A stretch of 64,000 nucleotides of DNA from Phyllobates terribilis (lineage: Eukaryota). The notes below the pieces were generated by a model that saw only the letters and a list, made by a program, of their open reading frames with translations, did no database searches and was not told the DNA's origin. The position numbers were made by a program, and so were the translations under genes. This document shows positions 29,501 through 41,591 of the stretch, in pieces (the first letter of the stretch is position 1; the number at the start of each line of letters is the position of its first letter). The stretch is taken from positions 380,370,001 through 380,434,000 of the forward strand of contig NW_027362769.1 in assembly GCF_046119375.1 (NCBI RefSeq). The letters run 5' to 3'.

Positions 29501-32500
29501 GGGACAGCTCATAAGAGTCTCATGGCTTTCGGTATCACCTCTATGCTGATGACACACAGATCTACTTTTCTGGACCTGATATCTCCTCCCTACTAACCAA
29601 AATCCCACAATGTCTGTCCGCCATCTCATCCTTCTTCTCTGCCAGATTTCTAAAACTCAACATGGATAAAACAGAGTTCATCATCTTTCCACCCTCTCAT
29701 TCATATCTCCCATCTGACCTAGCCATCAACGTCAATGGCTGTTCACTCTCCCCAGTCCCGCAGGCTCGCTGCCTTGGGGTAACCCTGGACTCTGGTCTCT
29801 CCTTCAAACCACATATCCAAGCCCTTTCCACTTCCTGCCGACTCCAACTCAAAAATATCTCCCGGATCCGTGCATTCCTCAGCAAAGACTCTGCAAAAAC
29901 ACTAGTACATGCCCTCATCATCTCCCGCCTCGACTACTGCAAGCTCCTGCTCTGTGGCCTCCCTTCCAGCACTCTTGCGCCCCTCCAATCTCTCCTAAAC
30001 TCTGCTGCCCGACTAATCCACCTGTCCCCCCGCTATTCCCCGACCTCTCCTCTCTGTCAATCTCTTCACTGGCTCCTCATTACCCAGAGACTCCAGTTCA
30101 AAACCCTAACCATGGCATACAAAGCCATCCACCACCTGTCTCCTCCATACATCTGTGACCTAGTCTCCCGGTACTTACCTGCACGCAACCTCCGATCCTC
30201 ACAAGATCTCCTGCTCTACTCCCCTCTTATCTCCTCTTCCCACAATCGCATACAAGATTTCTCCCGTGCATCCGCCCTACTCTGGAACTCTCTACCCCAA
30301 CACATCAGACTCTCACGGACCATGGAAGCCTTCAAAAGAAACCTGAAGACCTACCTCTTCCGACAAGCCTACAACCTGCAGTAACCACCGCTCCACCACA
30401 TTACTGCACAACAAGCTCTACCCCCACCTACTGTATCCCACCCATCCCTTGTAGAATGTGAGCCCTCGCGGGCAGGGTCCTCGCTCCTCCTGTACCAGTA
30501 GCCGACTCGTTTTGTTAAGATTATGTAAATGTTTTTGCTATGTATATCCCTATCACATGTAAAGCGCCATGGAATAAATGGCGTTATAATAATTAATAAT
30601 AATACAGTGCCAAGAGCAATAAAACACTGCCCTCTGGTGGTGGAAATTACTATTTTTTTTTTTTGTTTTGCAGCGCTCACCATTCTGAGCTCCGGTGATA
30701 ATAGTAACCCTCTATGGATGCTGCCGACTTCTGGAAGCAAATGTAGTAGAAGCCGGCAAAGGAAGCGCCGCTGATGTCTTTGATTGTGTGATCGGGCACC
30801 AGGAACTGTTCCTGCAGAGGAGAGAAACCATGTAAACCCTAAATGCCATCCGGGGTCCACAATCTGCGTGTTTCTCCCTTTAAGAGGCGAGGAAACGCAC
30901 CTTCCACCTCATGAAGACGTAATCGCTGGCTTTCAGCTCCTCGAATCCAAAGTCATCGGAGTTAAAGGTTTTGGCGTACTGGTAGAAAGCCTGGAACTTC
31001 CCCTGTGTGGAGAGACGAGGGGTCAGCGCCCAGAGGGACAGAATACGAGAGGCGGAGAGCGGCCGGCCCACACTCACCCAGTGCTTCCTGTCCACGTCCT
31101 CATCTGCGTCCCACTTTCTCGTTAGGAAAGGATGTTTTCTACTGATTATCTCCCCTTCAAAGAAGGTGGTGAGGGTCGGGTATTCCTAAAAAGATGAAGG
31201 AGGGGAATACATCATATTCTATAGGTAGAAGCTGTAATACCTGAAAATGGGAAAGAGGAGGCTTCTCGCTCAGCCGGGGGCAGAATGGCAGTACAGGTGT
31301 GACCCTCTCCATTCACTTCTATGGGAATTCTGAGACTTGCCAGGCCAGCATGCTCCCATAGGGGTGACCAGAGTCGAGCGTGGAGACCACCTCCTTATTC
31401 CTGGAGGTCCTGTGCTAAAGATTAGAAAAGTAGGATCCGCAAGAAATATCTGAAATGGGAATAGCCCTTTAAAAAGGGACTGTGCAGTCACAGAGGTGGA
31501 GGACTGATGAGGGGCAGAGTAGAGATCCAGCGCCTAGGGCGGCAGGACCGTGCATTATGTGGTCGACCGACCTTACAGCTTCCCTTGCAGTACCTGTGCT
31601 ACTTCTTATTAGGGGGGTGGCCCAGATGGCAGGGTCACAGCTGTGCCCACTAAAAAGTCTCCTAAAATACACACACGGGGAAGGAGGAAAAAGGCAAAGT
31701 CTATGGGGTCGCTGATCTACATTGTGCCCCTGTTTTTATTACAAATCCGGTATTTGGCCTCCAGACTTCGAGCTGCTCTTGTCCTGGGGGGATAAATGGG
31801 GCACGTCACCTCTAAATACCCCACAGCACATGAGAAGGGGACGACGGGGAAACCCAACTAAGTTAAAGGGTTTTTCTGACCTGTAGGGTCCACGGCAGGG
31901 TGTCAGTAATGGGGGGCTTATCCTACCTGAAGGGTGTCAGTAATGGGGGGGGGGCGCTTATCCTACCTGTAGGGTGTCAGTAATGGGGGGGGGGGGGCTT
32001 ATCCTACCTGTAGGGTGTCAGTAATGGGGGGGGGGGGGGGGGGGGGGCTTATCCTACCTGTAGGGTGTCAGTAATGGGGGGGGGCTTATCCTACCTGTAG
32101 GGTGTCAGTAATGGGGGGGGGGCTTATCCTACCTGTAGGGTGTCAGTAATGGGGGGGGCTTATCCTACCTGTAGGGTGTCAGTAATGGGGGGGGGCTTAT
32201 CCTACCTGTAGGGTGTCAGTAATGGGGGGGGGGGCTTATCCTACCTGTAGGGTGTCAGTAATGGGGGGGCTTATCCTACCTGTAGGGTGTCAGTAATGGG
32301 GGGGCTTATCCTACCTGTAGGGTGTCAGTAATGGGGGGGGCTTATCCTACCTGTAGGGTGTCAGTAATGGGGGGGGCTTATCCTACCTGGTGGATCACTC
32401 ACCTCAGTAAGGCCTTTTATCTTCAAGTATCCACACAAATAAGCATTTTCCATGTCCACGTGCTAAGGAGCAGAAAGACGTTTAATAGCACCTGAGCTCC

Positions 32501-34502
32501 TATGACAACACATCCTGTCCCTAGGAACACAGTATTATCATAGGGGCGCTGCATCCCAAACTCAACAGTACCCTAATAAAGAGTCAGCGACCTATCAGAG
32601 GCTCAGCGACTCTAATGTCACACTCCCGCTAAGAGACATACACAGGAGGCGGACAGGAATAATTGGCTTTTTTCCTTTGATATCCAAGCAGTTAGTGACT
32701 CGACACTGCGGTAGGTCACCGCCAGATGGAGCCGCTGCCAAGTGCTGGGACTGGAGGGGTCAGGAGACACCAGCAGGGCGGCACCGCGGGAGACTCGCTG
32801 GGACGTCACAGCCAGAGATAGAGACTTTGTGTTTCCTTCTGTCATCTGCTCCAAGACCTCTGCTTGCTGTAAGTGAATTAGATTTATTTTCCACCTATAA
32901 TTGCGGATTTGTTACAGTTTTATCTAGTATAAACCATCCTCCATGAGATCACATCAACCTACTCTACGTTACAATGTATCAGCCTGAAGGTCTACATTGG
33001 ATACAACTGTAACAACCCCACAGCTGTGAGAACACAAAGTACACATTACTCCTTGCATTCAGGAAATGACTGCTACACCAGTGATTGGCTGCAGCGATCA
33101 GGTGATGGATAGAAGAGCATCATCAGAGTGGCTCCAATAGATTTATAGGGGCACGAGATGTTTATGCAGTAATGCCCGGAGTCATGGAATTTCGGAGGTT
33201 CCTGCAGATTGTGGCTTCCATTCATGTACAAGCAGAAATCTTGAAAATGATGAAGAACCGAAATTAGAAACAAGTTAAAAAGTTGCAGAAAAAAAAAAAA
33301 GTTGCTGCCTCCAGTAGAGCATTCACTCTGAACTTCTGTTACAGTGTATCAGTCACATGCGGATTCTGCAGGACTCGGGCGGCTGATAGTCTGCTGTGAC
33401 CTCGGAGTATATTTATCATTACAATGTAGCAGAGAATCGGTGTGAGGACAGCGGGGGCCACACGAGGACACGAGCAGCCATGTCGGTCCATGAAACTGCC
33501 CAGAGAAGGCTCCTCGCCCTGTGGGGGGCAGTATACACATACTTTGGAGGATGGAGGGGGTGACCTGCCAGGCAAGATCCCCCAAAGATCAGAGGAGTCT
33601 GGCAGCCGCTTATCTCCTTGCAGCCATAGATACAACTGTTCTGCCCTGAGATCTCTGCAGCCCGGGCACAGGAAGGCATTGCTGCTGGGAGCACCTGGAT
33701 TATGGTGGTGATGGCAGGTGAAGACCCCCTGGTCGTGAACCCGATAACACATCAAGGAATTGCTAGTTCTGCAATGGAGGCGACAACTAGGGGGCAAGCT
33801 GTGCAGTCGCCAACCAAGGAAGGTGGGGGGAGACCACAAGGGCGCAAGATAGAAAGGGAGGGTAAGTAACCATGGTGCAAAATAAGAGGTAGGAGCAGAA
33901 AAAGCAGGCAGGATGCGTGCTGGGACCCCCCTTCTTGGACGAGCCGGGACCCCCTTTCCCTGGAAGAGCACCAGGACCCCCCCCAATGGAAGAGCACCGA
34001 GGCCTCCCCCCGCAATGGACTAAAGGGGACCCCCTCAATGGAAGAGCGCCAAGACCCCCTTTCTTGGACCAGCCGGGGACCCCCCACCCAATGGAAGAGC
34101 GCCGCGACCCCCCCTTCTTGGACCAGCCGGGGACCCCCCCCCAAAAGGAAGAGCGCCGAGACCCCCCCTTCTTGGACCAGCAGGGGACCCCCCACCCAAT
34201 GGAAGAGCGCCGCGACCCCCCCTTCTTGGACCAGCCGGGGACCCCCCCCCCCAAAAGGAAGAGCGCCGAGACCTAGCTGGTGTCCGGCCCCTCAGTGCCG
34301 GAGGGGCCGGCAGCCCCCCGCTCACCTGCAGGACCACCTCCACATCGTATGAGTTGCCTTTGCTCTTCTGGTGCCCCCTGAACTTGGAGCCGCTGTACAG
34401 CAGGGTGGTGGCCACCCCGGGCTGCTGCGTGTTGATGGGAGGTGGCGGGATAAGGGACGAGGAGCCGGAGGCCGTGCTGCTAGCCTCGGTTCGGACCGGC
34501 AT
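26501..34502 (-). CDS. GID4: GID complex substrate-recognition subunit 4 (213 aa, 6 exons)
   Basis: Exons (minus): 34326-34502, 32403-32462, 31078-31185, 30901-31002, 30681-30811, 26501-26564; total 642 nt. MPVRTE...[12 protein letters not shown]...[21 protein letters not shown]...[14 protein letters not shown]...[20 protein letters not shown]. Confidence 0.97.
26760..30604 (+). mobile_element. L2-clade LINE, copy 2 of the same family, fewer lesions
   Basis: Colinear with 7729-13133 minus the Tc1. The APE frame is open from about 27424 to 29168, with a nonsense codon at 29166-29168 and a frameshift near 29513. RT C-terminus in ORF 29662..30384. Same 3' hairpin and (TAA)n tail. Occupies most of GID4 intron 5, antisense. 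Confidence 0.95.
31880..32388. repeat. About 35-bp G-run minisatellite (about 14 units), GID4 intron 2
   Basis: Unit CTGTAGGGTGTCAGTAAT(G)nCTTATCCTAC with G-runs of about 6 to 22. Confidence 0.95.
33925..34270. repeat. About 53-bp tandem repeat, GID4 intron 1
   Basis: Recurring CCCCCTTCTTGGACCAGCCGGGGACCCCCC...GGAAGAGCGCC. Confidence 0.9.
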
Positions 34503-34800
34503 ATCCAGGGCCGGCCCCCCTGCCGCTGGGCACAGCTCGTCCCGCAGGGCTCGGCCGTTTCTCCGCTCCCGGCCTGAGCGCCTAGGCCTCTTCACCACTG
34601 AGCGCGGCGATTGGCCGAGTGACGCCCCGCCCACACTCTCACCAGCGCTACGATTGGTCGAGGAGCCGAGTGTTGCATGAAGGGAGATGTAGTCCTAACT
34701 GTCCAGGAGCGGAGGCTGTGATTGGTTGGAAGAGGGATGTGATGCGTGAAGACAAACCAGGGTCACCAGAAACATGGCTGCGCCCAGAGGAAGAAGCGCC
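34503..34800. promoter_or_regulatory. Putative bidirectional CpG-rich promoter of GID4 and ATPAF2
   Basis: Head-to-head genes. ATTGG (CCAAT) at 34610, 34653 and 34721; GC box GCCCCGCCC at 34624; GGGAGATGTAGT (reverse of ACTACAnnTCCC, ZNF143/THAP11-type) at 34682-34693. Confidence 0.75.
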
Positions 34801-35336
34801 GGGAGGATCAGCATGGCGCCGCTCGCCTGCCCCAGGCTGTGCACGGTGTGAGCAGGTACATTGTTATCAGTGGTGTGGCCCTTAAAATTCATCCCCTTCT
34901 CCCTTTTTTGCAGTTGGTTGTTATCACAAATCTTCCACCTCTCGTCTTCTTTAGCTTCTGTTGCTGGCTGCTGAATGAGTTAACTGAGGATCTATCAGTG
35001 AGCTCTCTCTGATGGGAGAGTTTTTGCAGCTCTAATCTGTCTTTTTCGGAGCTCCTATTAGCTGATCCTCAACCACTTCAAAGTTGAATGTGCACAGAAA
35101 TAAAGACATACAAAATTTCTACTGAAACCCAATTGCAAAATAGTTTTTTTTAACCCCCAAATAAATGCATTTAACTAAATGTCTACAATAGTGGACATCT
35201 CCTTTAAATGTAAAGCATCAGCTTCTGAATAGCCCCTTTAAGGACTAGACAATTGTCGTTTCATATTCATACTGTTATTTTGTGCTCTTTTATTTTAGTT
35301 TTCTAAACTAATTGCAAAAAAAATCTCGCAGTCAGG

Positions 35337-38300
35337 ATGCTGGCGAGCCTTCACCGTATGTTGTCAGCGCGGCCTGCGGGTCTGAACGGAGGCCTGTGCC
35401 GGAGGCTGCGCTCACTGGACGGCATTTTCACACAGAGGAGGTCCTATGCTCCCCCTACTGGTGAGTACTGAGGAGTATGTGACCCCTAGGGATGAGGGGG
35501 ATGCACCTTGAAGTGCTCTTATTATAAATTCTCAAAAATTTATTTTGTTTATTGCTTGTTGTCAAGGTTACCGGCCACCTCTGCAGTCTTATGAGAGGTG
35601 GCCAGTCTCTTAGGCAAGGAGCACAGCGCTTACAAGCTTATTACTACACCGCTTGCGAGCGCTGCCCTGAAGCTGAGGGGATCAGTGCCCCTGATGTTGC
35701 CGAGTTCAAGCTAGGGGGGAAACCATGCCGACATGGCAATAATCGGGAGCGCACAGAGGGAGAGGTCGGCTTCTCCTGAAGAGTGATCATGAAAACTCCC
35801 TTTTAAAAAGATTCCCCTAGGGAAACTAGAAAATAAAAATATATAAAAAATTCCCCCAATAAAAATAAATATAAAAAAAAAATGAAAAAAATAAACATAT
35901 TTAGTATCTTTGCATCCTTAAAAATTCAGACTATCAAAATAGAAAAGTTAGTAAAGAGGGAAAAAAACAAAAACGCCAGAAATGTGTTTTTTTTGTTTTT
36001 TTTTTGTTGTTGCAACTTTAACAAAAAATGCAATCAAAAACAATCAAAACATTGTATCAATCCCAAAATGGTATCAGTAAATCAGTCGGCCCGCCTTGTA
36101 AAAAACGAGCCCCCACATAGTGCCTGCTACGTAAGAAAGGAAAACATTACTGTTCTTGGAAAATTGAGACACGAGTGAAATGTTTCAACATTTTTTTCTA
36201 CCATTTAAACTTAAAAATAAATGTTTTGATTAAAAAAAAAATAAAAAAAACAACAATACAAGTTCGGTATTGCCATTATCTTATTGACCTATTGACCTTG
36301 AGAATCGTGTCGCCAGGTTATTTTTCTAGTAAAGTGAAATGAACCCCTCCACCCAAAAATAATCAGAATTCTTTTTTTTCACAATTGTAAAGGATTTTTT
36401 TTCACGTTTTACAGTGCATTTAATAGTAAAATGAATGGCGTCATTGAAAACCAAAGCTTGTCCCGCAAAAAAACACAAGACCTCACACGACTATGTGACT
36501 GGAAGAATAAAAAAAAAAGTTACAGGTCTTGGAAGAAAAAAATGAAAAATCAACTCTTCTGGAAGGGGTTAAAGGGGTTGTGCAAGATTAGAAAAAATCT
36601 TAGCATTTTTTATGTCCCAGAAACGGCATCACACCTGGTAATGCAACTCAGAAGAGCTCAGCTGTAATACCACATACAACCTGATAACAGGGGTGGCGCT
36701 GTTTATGTAAACATATTACATGTGATGTCTGATCCTGGACAATCCCTTTTAATAAATCCACTTCTGGATTATGTGAATTATAAATTGTATCTGAACCAGT
36801 TTCTGTTTTTTATTGTTCTAGAAAGAAAGAAGTTTTATGAGAGCGTCAGCATCTCCCAAGGTGAAGGTGAGCAGCTCGCACCTATATTCTGACTCATGGG
36901 AACGTTATAGCTTTTTATATATAGGGGGGGGGGGGGCTCACTGCAGACTTGGTTATTATTGGGATCAATGTAAAATCAGTAAGCACTGAGCTCCCTCTAG
37001 TGGTGGCTGCAGGCCCAGGTCAATAATACAATTCAATGTATGTACAGATTTGGAGCTCTGTGTCGGATAAACAAAGCTCTGCCCTCTAAAGGGATATTTA
37101 TTTATTTAGATGAGAATATATAATTCCCATCGCTTAAAATGAGAGACCCCAGTGGGTCTAATATTAAGGCCGCGGCCTATCTATCAGTATGTGGTCAGTA
37201 TTTTATCTCAGGAGTGGGTGATAAATACAGAATTGGTGACTTGTTTCTATTATACCTTTTCTCTGATTGCTCCTCACCTGGTTTTGGCTCCCACTCCTGA
37301 GAAAAAATACTGACCAAATACTGAGTGGGGCCCGTGGCCTAATAGTGAAAGTCCCAGCATGTCCTAAGGATAAGATATCAAGGGAAAAGAGCAACCCTAT
37401 GACTGCTGTCTTCATGGTGGGTTGGGGGGATTTGACCCTGGGTGACTTTGGACTCCGATATCCCTGTTCTCTGCGGCTCTCACCTTTTATAATTATGTAG
37501 AAAAATTTGATGTTTGCTGTAATTATAAGGTGGATTTGAGGTTAACCTGGATCGTAGGAAGTTACGGACCCCGCAGGGAAAAGTCTTCACTGTCCCGAGT
37601 GAACCCCTAGCGATAGCTGTGGCCACTGAGTGGGAATCTCAGAGAGACACCATCAAATTCTTCACAATGCACCTGGTAATGGAGACCGCCCAAGAAATTA
37701 TCTTTTATCTATCTTTTATCTATCTATTTATTTATTATCTATCATCTATTTATCTTTGTCCGTCTATCCGTCCCCCTCTTTTCCCCTGCTCTGCAGACCA
37801 CCCTGTGTAACACGGCTCTGGATAACCCTTCACACAGGAGTAAGGAGGATCTGATCACGGCCTCGCTGAAGTTCCTCGATACAGATACTATCTGGTGAGT
37901 CTCTTTCTCCTCCGGACATCGCTGATTTGGGGCCTCTCACTTGGCCTCTAAATGAGAAGACTCTTCTCCTAAAATACTCTGTGCTGCTGTGCAGACTCTG
38001 TTCCCCCCACTTTACTTTCTCACGCCACCACACTGATCCTGGCACATTCATCTTTGTTCTCACTAATATAAAAGTGGCCACATCATTGCCTCCCATTTTA
38101 GAAATGCACTCCTGAAATGCTTTGTGCTGCAGGTAACCCTTGCCCTTAGGCCTCATTCACACTTCCGTTTTTGCGGTCCGATTTTCACGGACTGTTGCAT
38201 AGGAAAAAAATGATACGCAAAAAAAACAATGAAACTCCGTCAGTTTTTCTCGTACTTGAAAAAAAAATCCTGACTTGTGAATGAGGCCTTACCCTTCACT

Positions 38301-40579
38301 CTTCTTGCCCCTACCCTGCAAGATCAGCACAAGTCACTCCTGAAATACTCTGTGCTTCTGTGATATACTGCTCTATCCTCTTTCACATCCTCATCATAGG
38401 ACGGAAGAGATAGCTGCCTCCCATGACGTTAACACATTCCTCTCCTGAAATCCTCTGCACTGCTGTGGGATACATGCAGCACATCCTCACAATATGTCCT
38501 GATCGCTCACTCCTTCCTGTTTTGTTTTCCCTCTGCAGTTACAGAGTAGAGGAGCCCCCCGCACTAGTAGAGCTACAGACGAATGAATGGGACCCTGTAC
38601 TGAAATGGGCGGAAAATAGGTGAGAGGGTGCAGTGTTCTTGGTTACCCGTTAAAGGGATGGGGACAATATTTTTTTTTCTTCCCTGAAATTCATTTATTT
38701 GGGCTAAAAATATTTTTTGCAATTGGGTTTCATTAAATATTTTGCACCATTTTGGTTTTTACAGGCTGTTTCTCTTCACATTCAACTTTTAATGTGTTCT
38801 ATGGTCATAAATGACCTGAGCTCAGATAAGAGTTAGAAACTCACTGGACCTTCAGAAGGGGCTCACTAATGGATTCTCAGTTTACTCATTCTGCAGCCAG
38901 AATTAGACTATGGAAGGCAAACGATGGAAACATTTTAATGAAACCCAATTGCAAAAATTACTTTTACTCAAAAATATATGCATTTAGGTAAAAAAAAAAA
39001 AACGGAAAACAAAAAAAAAACCTTTTATCCCCTATTCTGTTCCTCAGCTACAATGTTGTGATTGGCTCGTCCACCAGCATCATGGGTCCAGTTATTCCAG
39101 ATGAGACCAGAGAGGTATTACACCGCCATCTGGCCTCCTACAACTCCTGGTCATTAATAGGTCAGTGATCACCATGTTGTCCGGTCCTCGGGGTTGTGGC
39201 TGCAGCGTCGTTTGTGTCCCTAATCTGATGATTTCTGCTCTGCAGGCATCGAGTTTATGGTTTCTCAGCTGAAATCACTGATACTCACTATGGGCCTTCT
39301 GGACCGATTCATGACTGTGCAAAAGGCCGTCCTGTTGTCCCGCCTGGAGGAGGAGTATCAGGTACATCGGTACCCTGGGAAAAAATACTCCTCGATTCCC
39401 CTTAGGGGGACTCTTTTACCATATTATGGGCCCTTAAGTGCAGCATGGAAGGAAGGGGTGCACATACATAGCGGTCTCCCATGAGCCTCAGCTGCAGGCT
39501 TGGCTCCACAGGAGGACATTAATGGCAGCAGCCATGGGGGCCTTCTGTATGTCCAAAGCAGCCATGACATCCCATCTCCCCTGCGATTGCATTGTGGGGA
39601 AGGGTGGGGGTGGGGGGTTGTTGATAGCATTCAAGCTATTTAAATGCCACATTCAGTGATTGACAACAGTTAAACAGCAGGGGACGGAGTTAGCGCTGGT
39701 TGCTACTGTTACATCTGTGTAACACAGCTGGCATCTCTTGCTTATGGTGCGGGTTCTACTCTTGAGCCCGATTCATTCATCTGGCCCTGACATTATGTGA
39801 AGGGGGAGTCCAGTGGAACGACCCTTTGATAGCTGACATATGTAAAGGGGGAATCCAGTGGAATGACCCTTTGATATGTGACAATGTGACATATGTAAAG
39901 GGGGAGTCCAGTGGAACGACCCTTTGATAGCTGACATATGTAAAGGGGGAATCCAGTGGAATGACCCTTTGATATGTGACAATGTGACATATGTAAAGGG
40001 GGAGTCCAGTGGAACGACCCTTTGATAGCTGACATATGTAAAGGGGGAATCCAGTGGAATGACCCTTTGATATGTGACATATGTAAAGGGGGAATCCAGT
40101 GGAATGACCCTTTGATATGTGATAGGTACATGTGAGGAGAAGATGTTGGGGATGTCTATGATCTGGGACCACCATTGTGAAAGGAATCTACAGAGCAGGG
40201 GTCTCCAGCTGTGCATAGAATAAAGCTCCCAGATTCTTGACAGCCTATAGGGTAGACTGGGAGTTGTAGTCTAGTAGCCACAGGTTGTAGACACTTGCTT
40301 TAGAGATCAGACCCCTTTGGCAGGGTGCAACGTTGTAATGGAAGGGAGGGACCTGTAACAGAAATCTCCTTGTAGGATCAAAGCTCTCTGATCTATCTGT
40401 TATCTGATGGATATTTAACCCTTTATTCTCTGTGGTCACAGATCCAGCGCTGGGGCAACGTGGAATGGGCTCACGACTACGACCTGCAGGAGTTACAGGC
40501 CCGCACGGCCGCAGGGACCTTGTTTGTCCATCTCTGTTCATCAAGCTCCAGTATTAAGCACAAGCTCCTGCAGGACTGA
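35337..40579 (+). CDS. ATPAF2: ATP synthase mitochondrial F1 complex assembly factor 2 (286 aa, 8 coding exons)
   Basis: Exons: 35337-35460, 36822-36866, 37530-37675, 37797-37894, 38539-38619, 39048-39160, 39246-39361, 40442-40579; total 861 nt. Arg/Leu-rich presequence-like N-terminus, then ERKKFYESVSI, LDRRKLRTPQG, AVATEW, SRLEEEYQIQRWGNVEWAHD. Confidence 0.97.
35810..36560. repeat. AT-rich interspersed repeat (unclassified), ATPAF2 intron
   Basis: 36400-36540 resembles the reverse complement of 52230-52340. Boundaries are approximate. Confidence 0.55.
38149..38288. mobile_element. PIF/Harbinger-type MITE (140 bp)
   Basis: Perfect 13-bp TIRs GGCCTCATTCACA and TGTGAATGAGGCC; TTA on both flanks. 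Confidence 0.82.
39790..40125. repeat. Dimeric minisatellite (alternating 53- and 45-bp units), ATPAF2 intron 7
   Basis: CATATGT anchors at 39837, 39890, 39935, 39988, 40033 and 40078. Confidence 0.9.
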
Positions 40580-40951
40580 CCTCCCAGATCCACCGTGATG
40601 CACGGACGACCTCTCGTTTCTCACCACAATGCTATTTCAATGTTTTTTTTTTAAAAAAAAATAATAATTCTACTATTTTGTGTATACAGCTCCCATGCAG
40701 AATAATTCATCTTGGTTACAGACTACAAGCTAGCTGTGCAGTCAAGCTGTCCTGTACTTCTTGGTGAATCACTTTTGGTAGGTTAGCAAGATGTAGGGGA
40801 CGGATACAAGGAGGCGTCATTGCAGGGTCAGGTGTCACAGGGTTCATTTGTAGTCGGTCTGCATTGGAGCTGTATACAGAAAACGGTAGGAAATCAAGTG
40901 AAAAAAACAACCCCTATTTGTGATCATATATTCTTTTTTGTAACGTGAACA

Positions 40952-40957
40952 AATAAA
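40952..40957 (+). terminator. Candidate ATPAF2 polyadenylation signal
   Basis: AATAAA within AAATAAATAAATA about 370 nt after the stop codon. Position-based inference only. Confidence 0.4.
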
Positions 40958-41591
40958 TAAATACCATAAATGAGGAAAAGGTTAATATATAATGTGTGGT
41001 CGATTTACATAGGACTGCATTCGACAGGATCGTTCTTCCTGGGGCCAATTACACGAAATGACTGTTGTGGTCATGTGATCCATTATAGTCTGGTGGGGGG
41101 GGACTTTTTCTTCTTGTGGCGACCACCCTGCAGGTATAGGTGGGCTTACAGGTCAGGCAATGCGCGCTGGGAAAAGTATGCAAATTAGCTGTCCAAAAGG
41201 AAGAAAGTTCTCCACCTATTGGAGGTCAATGTTTAACCCTTTAATGGGACTCTGGATATTAGCCAAACAAGCGTCTCCTCTCATCTGTAGTCATGGGGGG
41301 GGGGGGGGGGTCTCAGTGATCTTGCCCCTCTTGAGTCAGAGCAGGGTAGAGAAAGACCTTTGGAGATGTAGGGGGTACTGTTTCTCCGTGTCGGTTTATT
41401 TTCTTTTAGTAGGCCAATATTCAAAGTCATTTGGCAAGTATCCTTAAAGGAGGTTGTCGAGGATTAGGAAAAAATAGCTGGTTTGCTTTCAGAGAAAACC
41501 GTCGTGTGTGAACTCAACCTTAAAAGACCGTTTCTGGTCCACATGGTCAAATTGGTGTGAAACGCGGCTGCTCGCTGGGCTGGAGAGAATG

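Noticed and set aside
34503-34634. Possible N-terminal extension of GID4 from a GTG at 34634
   Set aside because: No ATG; GC-rich promoter DNA is often open by chance; the conserved protein begins at MPVRTE. The 3' part of ORF 34035..34634 is intron read-through.
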